Below are positions 23,958-37,000 of a DNA stretch of 64,000 nucleotides, piece by piece. The notes under the pieces were generated by a model, which saw only the letters and a program-made list of their open reading frames with translations, ran no database searches and was not told the DNA's origin. Location of the stretch: NCBI GenBank assembly GCA_043228905.1, contig JBHGNT010000001.1, positions 32,860,001 through 32,924,000 of the forward strand, given 5' to 3'. How positions within the stretch are numbered: position 1 is the first letter of the stretch; the number at the start of each line of letters is the position of its first letter. Source of the stretch: Azolla caroliniana (Eukaryota > Plantae > Polypodiophyta). Both the position numbers and the translations under genes were made by a program.

Positions 23958-25584
23958 ATGAAGTCAATGGCCGCACGAGTCTTGTTTCTTCCCTTTTGCC
24001 TCCTTCTGCTCCTCTCTCTCGCCATGTCTTCTGCTGCTCATGAAGATGGAAAGAACGAGAATAGAGAGAAAGCAGCAGCGGAAGAAGAAGAAGAAACAAC
24101 TAAAGTGTATATTGTTTACCTTGGACAAGGCATTCAAGCTCAACCTCTCTTAACCTCTGTTCTTGGCAGGTTAGAAGATGACATATGAACAAAAATCTTT
24201 CTTTCTTTTTTCTTGTAATGATTTCACGCATTTCTTTTTCCTTCTTCTATTCATTTTTATTTTTTCTAATCTTGATCTTCTTCTTCATTTGTATTGTCAA
24301 TCCACGTCTGCCTTTTCAACAATCTATTTCTTTATTTTTGAGATTTAATCTCATTGAAATTATGAATCCGTGTCGTTTATTTTCTGATTAATTGCATGGA
24401 AATGATGAATCTATGTTTTTTAGTTTCAATCAATCTATGCTTCTATCAATAGCTGTGTTCCTTTTTGAGATTAATTATATTGCAATCATGTTTCTATTGA
24501 GGTTTATCACGTTCAATGATCCATCTATGCCCTTTTCTGCTGAGATTAGACACATTGACTGATCAATTCATTTCGTTCTATTGAGATCAATCAAAAGAAT
24601 GATGAATTTTTGTCTTTTATCGAGATTTAATCCCTCCATCTTAAAAAAGAACACCCGTGGACTGTTCAGTTGATCAGAATACCGTCTTCAACAACAAAGG
24701 GGGCTATTGTGATAAATATCCAAAAATGGTAGATGCATGTTTGAGTTTTGCCCAAAAAACAAACAAAGAGAATACTCCCCAAATTTCACTATTTCAGTAA
24801 GGACGGATAGATAACTGTGGTTGAACTAAAATACTATGAAGGAAGGTTCAGGATGAACATTATTTGTGAACCACTTTCATGTGAGGAAAAAAGAAAATTA
24901 ACTGATTGTGTTGCTGATAATGGTAGTAGTTTGGTCAGTTACTTAAATTTTGCTTCTGTGATTGGTTATGACGGTAGTAGATCTGTAACTTTGTTTCTAT
25001 GAATATATCAAGATTTTTTTATTCTTTTACTTAGATTATAGGTAAAAAATAGATATCCGAAAAAGCCATTGTTTTTCTTTTATTACTCAAATGAGATATA
25101 TTAATGTACAAAAGACGCACACTTAATTGCTCAAGAGAGGGCAGATTGTTGACTAAGGCATTTTGGGGAATTAAAAGAAAAACCTCCTTCCTTAAGTAAA
25201 TATTATGTCATCAAACTCATGTTGTGTGCAGTGAAGAGGCAGCAAAAAGTTCTCTACTATATACTTATTCCACCGTGACGAATGGGTTTTCTGCTAAATT
25301 AACACCATCACAAGCTGCCATTCTAGCTGGTAAGTTATTTATTTTTTGTTTTTGGGTTATTTACTCATAGTATAACAAATGTTTTCACACACACACACAC
25401 ACACATGGGAAAACACCTAACTTTTTGGATATCGACCCAAATGTCCCTTAGTTCCAATAAATGACCAAATACCCCTCAACGTATATATGAATTTAATACT
25501 ATGTTTGCTTTTGTTATTGCAGCAAAACCTGGTGTGCTTCAAGTTGTTCCTAGTCAGACCTTGCACTTACATGGAAGAACATGA
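23958..25584 (+). CDS. SPI-1: Secreted subtilase propeptide-like inhibitor (peptidase inhibitor I9 family, SPI-1-like), ~123 aa, 3 coding exons
   Basis: Exons 23958-24169, 25232-25329, 25523-25584. Signal peptide (LFLPFCLLLLLSLAMSSA) then KVYIVYLG...LTSVLGSEEAAKSSLLYTYSTVTNGFSAKLTPSQAAILAAKPGVLQVVPSQTLHLH*, an I9 domain with no protease domain following. Probable 3'-UTR intron at 25586-25710. Confidence 0.88.
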
Positions 25585-26733
25585 GGTATGCAAACATAAA
25601 GTTTAAACTGGGATTGAAGAGTGTTTTTTTCCGTTTAAGATATCTTTCAAATCCAATAATAGAATTATCTTTCAATTACAATAATTTCGTTTCTTTTTAT
25701 TTTGTTCCAGGATAGCATCTTTGAAAGTTGTATCTGGAATGTAGAGAAAATCAGAATAAAGTCTTTTTGGATACATGAGATACGAATGTACATTTTAATG
25801 GTTCATGCTGAAGCTTGATACATGTATGAAATAATGGATATTGAAAACCATCTACTTCTGTATTAGAATCAGACTCTGCTATTAATGCATACACGTTTTG
25901 ATTTTGATATCAACATACAACTATGGTTCTAGGATGTCGGAAAATTTTCCTTGCTTTTGTTCTAGTAATGAAGAAATTGATAACAACTTGAATATTTGAT
26001 CAAGCAAGCAAGCTCTTGGTGCCATATTTTGATATTTCTCCAATTTCTGTAATTTGTTTCATACGAAGAATTGGATTGTGATGGCAAAAACCACATGATA
26101 TAGGTAGAGCTGAGGCGGGAGCAGCCCCAATAGACAGACATTTTGTGAAGCTGTAACTTGTATATATCAAAGAATGGAATTACCTAGCATCACTATTCAT
26201 GCTTGGCTCTTGCTAATCTATAGGACTAGCAGAAGAAGGTGAAACAGATTGCTGGTATCACTAATAAAAAATGGGTTCCAAGGGATGGCCTAATGTGAAT
26301 GCACTCCCACCATTTGAGTGTAACCTTGACTGTCTATGAATAAAATGATGAGGATAGACATCATTATTAAAATGGGCAAAAATAAACTTGGATCAATCCA
26401 AACAACTAGGTAAAAAGATGGCTAATGTTTAAGTTCCTCGTGATATATGTCCCCATATGGGTTCTTTATTCAAGCCAAGTATATCGAGATACACATGGCA
26501 TAAGCACTTTACACAGTGATATGGGAGGTTCAGACATATGTCATCAACTACATTGTTATTTTCAAACTACATCGTTATTCTCCTACTCACATTTTCCAAC
26601 TTGAAGAATCAAGGAATATTAAGAATATGGCACTATAGGTGAGGAGGATGGCCTTTTGTTGTTGTTTGTTTTATATTTATAACAGCATTCATACCAATGA
26701 CTTTAAGGCCACGAATTGTGGCCATTTAATGTC

Positions 26734-28410
26734 TCACCTATAGCTTGATGGAATACTCTCCACATTGGTAGTAAGGGAGCAAGGAGAGGTACTGCTGTCA
26801 TCAGCTTGATCATGCATGGCAGATTTAACGTAGATGTTACACATACAAACATAGGCAGCTGTGTCTTTTTCATTCATTTGTACAGAATGTTTGAAGGCAT
26901 CCTTTCCAAGCTCCACACTATTCCACCATTGACAAGACGCTAAGATAGTATTCCATGATATGATACTAGGATGAAATGGCATTTGTTCCATGGTCATTAT
27001 TGCCTTCTCGATATGGCCTGCACGCCCAAAGAGGTCAACCAAACAATTGTAATGTTCACACTTTGGGAGTAAACCATAGTGACTGATAATGCTCATGAAA
27101 AACACTTCAGCCTTATCTATTGAGCCTGCATGACTGCAAGCATTGAGAACTGCACGAAATGTGACAAGATCAGGTGTTATGCCTTCTCCCATCATTCTTT
27201 CAAGGATAGGGTAAATGTCTTCAATCTCTCCAAGTTGGGCATATCCTGTTACAAGTGCTGTCCAAGAGACAATATCTCGGATAGGAAGAATATCAAATAC
27301 TGCCTGAGCGTCTAGAAGCAATCCACATTTTATATACATATCGATCAAACTATTACCTAGACGCAGCTCTTTCTCCAATCCTTTTATTATAATTTGAGTG
27401 TGCATCTCCTTTCCTGTGCACAAAGCTCCCATGCTACCACAACAATTCAAGATGCAAACAAATGTGACCTCGTTAGGAGCAATACCCTCAAGTTGCAAAT
27501 TCCTATAACAGCTGAGTGCCTCTTCATCACACCCATATTCTGTGTATCCTGCAACTAAAGCAGTCCATGTGACAACATCTTTCTTTGGGAGCTTTTCAAA
27601 TACTTTTTGTGCCTCTACAAGGTAACCGCATTTGGCATACATATCAACCAAGATGCTACCAAGCACATAATCATCTTCTAGCAACCCTTTCCTAGTGATC
27701 TCATCATGTATTTCTCGGCCTTTTTTGATGTCTTTCATGATAGCACAAGCTCTCAAGATGAAACCAAATGTAAAAGCGTCTAGCAAAATCCCTTGTCGCC
27801 TCATCTCTTTATCACAATGAAATATCTCTCTAAAATGCCCATGTTCAGCATATCCAGCTATAAGTGTAGTCCATGATACAACATTTTGAATGAGTTGCTT
27901 ATTGAACACATCGTTTGCCTTCCTCATGAAACCACATTTGGCATACATGTTGATGAGAGAGCTTCCAATGAAAACATCAGTTTCATGGAAACCTCTTCGA
28001 GCAATCTCTGAGTATATTCCTTGGCCTCTTTCCATATCTTGCAAAATAGTACAAGCGCTTAATAAGGACACAAAAGCAAACTTATTTGCATATATGGCAC
28101 ATTCTCTCTGTATTGTCGTCTGGTACAAGTCAAGAGCTTCATGTATCTCCCCATACTTAACATAACCAATGATAACTGCATTCCACAAGTAATGATCCTG
28201 ACATATCAATCTCTCAAACACTTCCTTGGTATACAAAATGTTCCCATCTTCCACCATCATCATTACAACATAAGAGCCAAGTGATGCATGGATTACCAAT
28301 CCTGACTTGTAAATGTAGCTAAATGAAAGTGATATTTGGTGTCGGTTTCGTTCCTTACGACATAGCTCTAGGATACGCACCACATCCTGAGCCAATGGTA
28401 ATAGTGGCAT
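26734..28410 (-). CDS. PLS-class pentatricopeptide repeat protein with E domain and no DYW (~558 aa from the first ATG)
   Basis: Uninterrupted ORF (track start 28455 is TTG; first ATG at 28410). PLS repeats (NVVSWTTLIAGY, DVVTWTALVAGY, DIVSWTALVTGY), then P2-L2-S2 and E (HYNCLVDLFGRAG...MPFHPSIISWNTILASC...AAYVCMCNIY). Confidence 0.93.
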   Translation of the reverse strand: MPLLPLAQDVVRILELCRKERNRHQISLSFSYIYKSGLVIHASLGSYVVMMMVEDGNILYTKEVFERLICQDHYLWNAVIIGYVKYGEIHEALDLYQTTIQRECAIYANKFAFVSLLSACTILQDMERGQGIYSEIARRGFHETDVFIGSSLINMYAKCGFMRKANDVFNKQLIQNVVSWTTLIAGYAEHGHFREIFHCDKEMRRQGILLDAFTFGFILRACAIMKDIKKGREIHDEITRKGLLEDDYVLGSILVDMYAKCGYLVEAQKVFEKLPKKDVVTWTALVAGYTEYGCDEEALSCYRNLQLEGIAPNEVTFVCILNCCGSMGALCTGKEMHTQIIIKGLEKELRLGNSLIDMYIKCGLLLDAQAVFDILPIRDIVSWTALVTGYAQLGEIEDIYPILERMMGEGITPDLVTFRAVLNACSHAGSIDKAEVFFMSIISHYGLLPKCEHYNCLVDLFGRAGHIEKAIMTMEQMPFHPSIISWNTILASCQWWNSVELGKDAFKHSVQMNEKDTAAYVCMCNIYVKSAMHDQADDSSTSPCSLTTNVESIPSSYR

Positions 28411-31079
28411 GGATGACACTTTCTCAATCAGTTTCAAGAAAGTTTTCAAATCCAATCCATTTAGCTACTAGGCAAAGCATATAGAATCACTGAACCATTA
28501 TAAAGATGCCACTTCAAGAATATTTTTTGCACACATACAAATGCGTTGGATTGGAAATCCATGCACACCTCATATGTAAAGAGGGAATTACAAAAACTCA
28601 TGGCAAGAAGAGTGATGGGCAACCTTAAATAATTGGGTTTTCAGTAAACCTACATCAATGTGCAGCACTCCGCATGTAAAGCATGTAATATTGAGCTTAT
28701 TTACTGCCCCTAACAATCAAAGCACTCATACACACCTAGATGATCCAAATACTACTAACTTGCCGGAAAAAACAGAGAAGTTTCTTGGTTATTTACTTTA
28801 CGTCAAACGAAATAAATATTCCCCGTTCTGATTAGAAAGAGAAAGCGAAAGAGGGGATTTTTAATGTAGTTATGAGTTGCCCTGTTCTTATGCATTTCGG
28901 CATTCGTAAATCCTATGGGATTAAAGGGCTTTCGAGAATAATGAAATATTTAGACTTAAAAGGAAAATGGGATTGCCTTGACGATAGCTGCAGATAGGCT
29001 TTAGTATGAAGTTGGTCCCTCCCACTCTTTAGAATACCAAACATCCTTTAGCTCAATTGTAAAGAATCTTGTAATTAAACGAGTCTACTACATATGCTTT
29101 GATTAACCACGCTAATTTATGCGATACATTGGTATCTTTGTACCTGAGCGTACACAGCAATTTCAGTGGGGCACCTAGATTACGGCTGGTGAGCACCATT
29201 ATAGCACCTTCTGTAACAATTCAATACCTATTAAGTGACTAAATTCATGAGGCCAACTTTTTCTCATGAATGCGAGTGATTTTTATTGCCATTACCCATC
29301 CATAATAGATTTATGCATGAACCTGATTAATATTCACACTAGAAGCGATTAACCATGCATTAATGGTAATTCACATTTTCATTAATGCTAACATAGTGAG
29401 CACTATTGCAACGCGATTAAGATTGAATTGGAAGCCTATATATGTTTTGCTACTACATTTTCAAATAATTTGTTTAATTTGTAGAACTGCATTATATAAT
29501 AACAAGATCAACAAAATATTTTTTTCAGCCACTCAATAGTCTAAACTCGTAAGGAATTAACCAATTCAGTAACTCGTGTACTTGATTTAAAATGTGTTTT
29601 ATATGTTGGTTGGTTTAAATCTAAGAAATTCAAACCATTGGACATGCCACAAATCAATACAATGTGCATAATAAGAACAATGGAAGCATATAAATGTCCT
29701 AGTAGAGTTAGCTTGGAGAACAGGGGGGCATCATATGCTCATTTCCTAAGATATGTTTATTGCCTAATTGTGTGTTTTCTTCATATACAAATTATCGAGG
29801 TACTAAGATACCTCCAAATTTGTCGCCCATTGTGAGATTCTAAAAAATGAAATGAGTTTTTTAACGTGGCCCATTCCCTTATCTCATTTAGAGAGAGAAG
29901 AATACAATTAGAACTGGGCCAGAATAGTAAGGTGCCCATCTTCACCTCGTGTTATACAACGTAACAACTGCCATGCCTTTTGAAATTGACGAATTATCTG
30001 TACAAGGTTGAACAACTTCCAAAGAAAGACTTAGACCATTGGTTTCTCTCTACCTACATATGCATGCTATGTAATTTGTAAGTAGCTACTGTCTAAGTCT
30101 CAATAAGGTCATCATAGAAGGCAATATCCTGCAGCATAAAAATGACATTTCAGACTCGTTACAGATGGAAATGAATTCATTTGAATAGAAACATATGAAA
30201 GAAAACCATGTGATGTGTAGCGCCCTCACCTTGAAAGCCATAGGTAATAAATTAATTCTGAGACACAGCCCCTGTTTCCAGCAAGGCGTAATTATGACTT
30301 CATTCTCTATGCACTGAGACTGTTTCCCCCCACACGATATCTGTTTGTCTGCACATGGTATGGTAGCATGAGACTGCTTTGGCACATGAGGAGTTTCTTT
30401 AAAACAGAATGTAATATGCCCTTCTTCACTTGTCACACATTCCACAAGCCCAACATTGATATAAACTTGAATTAGTAACGCCTACTTAATCAATGACATG
30501 CAATATCCTCTAAACATGCTTCCTTTATTGTAGAGAATGCCATCGTAGAGGCAGAGGAAGACACTTTGCTGTCTTTAGTAAGTGTAAATCTTTTGGTTTT
30601 TCCCCTTGTGAACACATCAAGATCTAGATAATTGGCACCTTTTCATTTTCCCATGTAAGGTATAGGTTATGAAGAGTTTCTGCAGCTTTTCTTTTCCCCA
30701 TGTAAGAGCACATCAAAAGCTCAAAATCCAGCTAGATTTATGACGAGTTTGTGCACCTTTTTTCTTTCTTCATTCTCATGTATCAACACATCAAGAGCTC
30801 GAAATCAGTCCTTACCATGCCTTGCATATATTGGCTTACTCCATCCTATGCAAGAGCTCTAAGAAATTTCTAAGCCCAATTGTTATCTGCACTCGAAGTG
30901 TCTTTTTTTGAAGACGCTGAAGAATCTGAATGCTTACAAGCTACATCACCAGCAGAGCTTGATCACAACTTGAAGCGCAGCCTACCGATTGTGAAGCAAT
31001 AGATTCTTAGAATACGGGACTCTCAAGATGAACAGGTTGATTTTCAGCCTTTCCCGGATTGTGAGAAAAAAATATCATA

Positions 31080-34000
31080 TCAGCTTGTTCCTGCTGTGGC
31101 CTCGGCAGTACGTTGTCTCATCATCTCATTTACTGCAGCTCTGCGTCGTGATTCCATCTGCTGCTGAAGTCGTCTCAAGTGTTCCTTCAAATCCCTGCAG
31201 TATATGAAAATATACACATTATACCATTATGACAGTACTGCATTTCACCTGCTTATTCATGTTACTGTGATGAAAAATATTTGTATTATTTTGTTACAAA
31301 TGAAACAAGATATTGATATTCTTTTGAGGGAAATATGTGAGAACTCACTTGCACCGTGGCACTCTACATTCAGACTCCTTGCATGCACGAGCATGTAATT
31401 GTAGAAGGTACCACATCTTCTTGCATAAGTGACACCCACCAGATGCACGGACTTTACAGCTCATACCATGTCGAAAGAGCCCCTTCACTCTACGACAATT
31501 CGGATAGAGACATTGTGCAGAACCACACTGTGATGCATGAACCAGTAGATCTAGCATCTTTCGAAGCTGTTTCAATATTTTTTTAAAAGACATTAGTGTT
31601 TCACTGAGAAAATGGATAAAGCAACATTTTTTTAATTAAACTGAATAACCTTAAGTTTCCAAATTACCAGAATACTTCTCTGTATTACAGATTTACAGCT
31701 ATAGAGGGGCGTATTATGATCATCTTTAAAACATCGGGTATTTCAAAGAAACCCAAGAAATTAGGGATGTTTTGCTGTTTGTACCCTAATACATCCATAA
31801 CTTTAAACAAACATGAATATGTGGAGGGAATTAAACGCTAATGGTTTTTCCCCAGCATTATGATGCACAATTCTACCTGTAAAACACGTTGTTGTCTAGC
31901 TTCTTTGCTTTGTGTCTCACGCTCCGCCGCGGATGGGTGTGGTGACAATTTGTGTGGATGCTTCCCCAAGTCATCTTTAGAATAGCATGAGTTACAGAGA
32001 TCAAAATCTGGGCATGTTTCACAACGCCACCCTTGACCAGTCTCAATGTCTCGGTGACACAAGTTACAAGTGGTTACAAATGCAGGAGCTGTTGGATTAT
32101 GTAAATGGTATAGTACCATCATAGAAGAGTGCTTTGCCCGGCGCAATGTATCATACTGATAATGGTTCCCTTGGCAAAGGCTTAAAAATGCTTGACGTGT
32201 ATCAAAGAACTCACTCTCCGTAATCTCATCCTTATCATTTGTATCATTCAAAGGTTCAGTCAACTCTATCTGTTGTCAACAATATTTAGTCAATATAATC
32301 AGTACCATTTAAGCAGAATAACAATACACCTCAAGACAATCTACATCTTGATTCACAACCCAATCACAAAGAACTAAAACTTAATTATAAACCTTTCCTT
32401 TCTGTCCCCACTAGGGGGTAAACACAAGGATAGGATGCAACATGTAAGCTTGGAAGGTATTGCCATGATTTAGATTTAAAATTGAAAATTAAGCTGATCA
32501 AAACACATCTAGGAATTTATACCTAGGATGGAAAAAATTGCGTCTATGTTATAGCCTTCTTTTTGTCTAACATTCATCCTTTGTATTTTATCCATGAGGC
32601 ATGTTAAATCATGAGCAAACTTAAACTTTTATCGGGTTCCTTCTAAGGATGCCCGATCCCAACTAATATTCAGAATTTTTAGGATCATACACAGGCATAT
32701 GAAATCTATGTTTGACTGAATTTGTGTTATCAAATCACTTACTGGAAACAAAGGATGACAATCTTTACTGTTGTTGGGGTGTCTTTCTCGTTCATCACAT
32801 TTCTGTTCTGCACCATAGCATCTATCAAATAGAAAAAATACCTGAGGCAAATTAAAATACTACATGTAGGATAAAAAGGAGACTATAGCCAACAAGTTTG
32901 CTCATGATGACTTGCACAGAAACTATAGAAAACAGGATGAATTGACAACCCACACAGCATAAAGAGTATTTTTTTCCCTAGTGATTTGAACACTTTACGA
33001 TTCCCCATGTGACACTTGTTACCAGGTGTAGTTTCTTTGATGCTAGAAAATGGCCATGATCATATATTCTTCCTGATGTACATTGCTAGTTTTCTTTATT
33101 GAAAAGAAGTTTTGAACGTTATGCTTCATGAACCAACTCGCTGTCGCAAACATGTGTTCTAAATCGTTTCTCGATGAAACCAAAACTTCAGTTCTTCTGT
33201 TACCAATTTAGAGTTTCTAAAACAACTAGCTGCTAACAATATATACAGTCAAATAAGATAGTAACCAGATCAAGAGCAAAATATAGGCATGAAGTTTGGG
33301 GAAGAAAATCACTGTCTCCATTAAAAGCATTTGCACCAAGGGAGAAGGAAGCACTTATCACATACCTATCACATAAGTGAAACCCTTTGCATTGCTTGCA
33401 ACTCCATCGATGACCAGAATGAATGAAGTTGCAACAATGACTACAACAGAATTGCAAATGGACCATTATAAAATCCTCTTTCATTGGGTATATAGTCTCT
33501 CCCAGCTGGCACAAGATTGAAATAAGGATACGCATTAAATGATGTCAAATAAAACCATATTACAAGTGCAATTAAGTTTTGTTACTCCATAATTACCTTG
33601 TGCATCAGCTGCAAATCCTTAGAAGCATTACTTGCCAACTCAGCCTGCGCAGCAGTTTTAGTAGCTCTCTTAGTCAAGGTCTTTTTTGTCTTTCCTTTCT
33701 TCAGTTGTTTCCGTCCAATTTCTTCTTCTTGCAACAGCATTATCATATCCTCAGCTGCTCCAGGCCAATAATCTCCATCAAAATAAGGTAAACGAGCTGC
33801 CGTAACTTTTGCCTTTGATTCTCCATTACGAACAAAAAAGTGATCATACATGTTTGTTAGCTCAACTACAATATTTTCATAAGATGCCTTCCGAAGCATG
33901 CACAGATACCTGCAATTTTATAGAGAACACCAGTTAGCTCCTGAATGATAAAAAGGGTAGGCACTTGTACAGATTGTCAATGTAGATAATTTTCAGATCC

Positions 34001-37000
34001 AAGTTTTCTGAAATACTCCTATATCATGCTTTCCATATCTCTAGCAGGTCGCTCAGTTCATTTCAATAAGATACAAAGCTTCAAGATATTTTGGACTCAT
34101 ATTTTCACAACATGAAATCTAGAGCACAATTTTATGCAAGTTGGACATAAACTAGAATTCTCGGTTATTTGTAACTCACCATTCTCGCAACTTATCTGAT
34201 TTCGGTGTCTTTTGTATTTCAGGATGACAGTAAAGAATGTAGTCTTCTCCTTTCAATGGAGGACAAGCCCAGATATAGCAGCTCGTAAACCCTCTCTTCT
34301 TACAGTTATCCAGATACCCTATCTGCTCGGCACATTAAACAAAAATAACTTACAACTTCTAAAGTAAAAATGAGAATGATCTCAGAGATCATTAAAAATG
34401 GAGTGCACAAGATAATACATCTATAGTTGATATTCCCATACCAAAATTTCATGGTATACAAAAGTACGAAGAGCTTCTCCATTAACTGTCCTAACATCAG
34501 GTCTGAAATATTTGACCGAATCCAGATATGAGAGGTAGACTCGGCGCTGATTTGGTTGGGCTGCTTCTGCTCCGAACTCCTGTACATACATCCCAAATAG
34601 ACACACTTCTACACCTTCAATCTTCTGGAACAGCAACAGCACCTGTGACAGGTCCAAAATGTAAATTCAGATTTCTGTTTACTGACTACAAAGAATTATT
34701 AATATTTCAGCAATTCCCAATTCTTGCCTTTGACTTGTACAAGAATTCTGAGGGATAATCCTCCTCTTGAAACATCTCTAAAAATCGTGGTTTCACCTCT
34801 AGTTTCTTATCCACAGACGATACGATCCTGATCACTAATGAATCAGCCCCTGGCACCTATCATAAACCGTGGATTAATTAAACAAGAAAATAGAAGTATC
34901 TTGACTACAGAGATTTAAACAAACCAAGGGCCTTGTAACACCAATGACATCATCCAAGTGTTCCATAAAAAAACTGAACTTAACTAAACTTACTTCATCA
35001 AAGCTCTTCCCCAGAGCTCGCGCACGTTCATGCCTCTCCTGTTTGAGTTTCCTCATTAATCGTTGCTCTATATGGTCACTCAAAAGGGTCCTGGGTAGAT
35101 CCTTGGCCCCAAGCACTGCACTTTGCGGAAGAGGTTTTCTTTCCCCCTTCTCTACTTCTTCTATCAAGCAATGTGGGCACGTATACTCAGCTTGGCCACC
35201 CTCGTTTCTACGCATATTGAACAATGCACAAACTTGATGCTGCCACTTTTCACATTTGTCACATTGTACCCACTGCCAAATCAAACCATCAGATTTCTTC
35301 AGAATCAGAATTTGATAGCATAACAATTTTCATAACCACAAGGATAACCTTACCGGCTCTTCCGTTTCTTCATCATTTCTTCGCTTCTCTAGCTTTGACT
35401 TCAAATAATTTGTGCCATCTATATCAACAGTTTCAGCGCGGGGATCATTGTAGCAAGGTATACAAACATAATGACGGGTTTCTCCAATTTGCATTGTCCA
35501 GTAAAAAGCATTTCTCTTGATGCGTGCCCCACATGGTGTACAATATATTGGTGGTGGATCAAATGTTAAAGTTTCGACTGCACAGAGTTGGCAAGAACTA
35601 TCACTCATCCGTTGCTCCATTGCCTGATTTTTTTCCGCTTTGACCTTGGTCTGAAAAGAAGAAAATAAAGAAAGATATAGTAATTTCTTTTAAGAGACGC
35701 ACTATTTTAAGACAGGATTAACAAAAACACTGTTCTTTTATTAAAAAACGTGGTATCTCCTGCTGAACATTCTTTCTAAAGATACAGAACCATTTCTGGA
35801 TTATAAAGATACAATTTGATTATTTATTGATAAATGATTTCCATCAAATGATGATATGGGACACATGCCAAACGGATTAGAATGTACAAAGAAGGATGAT
35901 ATGGCTGGATTTTGTGATAGAATACAAGAGAAGAATTTTATCAACTCTACTGCACACATATGATGGGACATTATGGATAATCACTCACATGTACTTCCTT
36001 TAACATTAGCTACTCCTCAAGAATCAACATTTATTTATCAAAGAACTCATATTCCTTCTTGAGCATATAACTAATACCTGTCCAACCCATTGACGCAAGC
36101 TCATGATGTGTTCTCTAATCTGCTCTGGAGTGAAGAGTTCTGTAAGAGAGACACCTTTAATCTTTGGCTTCGAAGATTTTGCCCCATTACCAAATTCTGG
36201 CACCGGAGATGCAACTTTTTCTTGCTGTAATTCTTGCTTGAAATGGGTAGTTCCCTTGTATGAAGCTACACTTGGTGACTCATGTTTAATAGAAACATCC
36301 TCCATTCCTTGTTCAGCTTTAACTTGGTTGTTCCGAGATGCAATCTGATCACTGAATGAAGTTGATACTTCTGTCTTCACATTTGCTGATGTTGACCCAC
36401 TTACTTCTGGCATTACTTCAGTTGAATTAACTTCAAACTTTGTACCACCTACATGAGGGAGAAACACCCTATTTGGCTCACCTCTTGGAGCCCCTCGATA
36501 AGAATTGTCGACTAGTTCTGTTGGTTCAAGCTTTGTTCTCTTGGCTGGCGGTGCTTGAAAATCTGTACTGGCTGTCATACTTGCCTTATCCATTGAAGAT
36601 GCAGTTATAATCTCCGAACCGGATTGCACAGCATTAGTAATAGATGAAGTGCGATTAGATTGAGCAGCTTGCATATGTTGCATTGCAATTTTCCGACGAA
36701 CTGGAGCACAAACCGGACAATGAGCATCACGACAATTTTGACTATGTCTCACTAAGGTTCCTGACACCTGGCAGCGAGGATACTGACAGTCCCTATCATT
36801 GCATTTGGTCATGTGCATCCACAACTGTCTTGCAGTGTGACAGTGAGGTGTTGATTGGCATTGCCCTTCAGGAGCAGTGCACTGGCTTGCATGACGTAGA
36901 AACAGAAGCCAGCGTTGCTGCTTTAAGAACTGTTCTGCCATTTGAGCATCTGTTGTACTATTAGGTAATGGCTTAGTTGCCAGATTTTTATTAGTATTTC

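Noticed and set aside
29041-29090. TAGCTCAATTGTAAAGA, resembling a tRNA D-arm/A-box
   Set aside because: No T-arm (GTTCRA) or acceptor-stem partner follows, so it is not a tRNA; at most a SINE relic.
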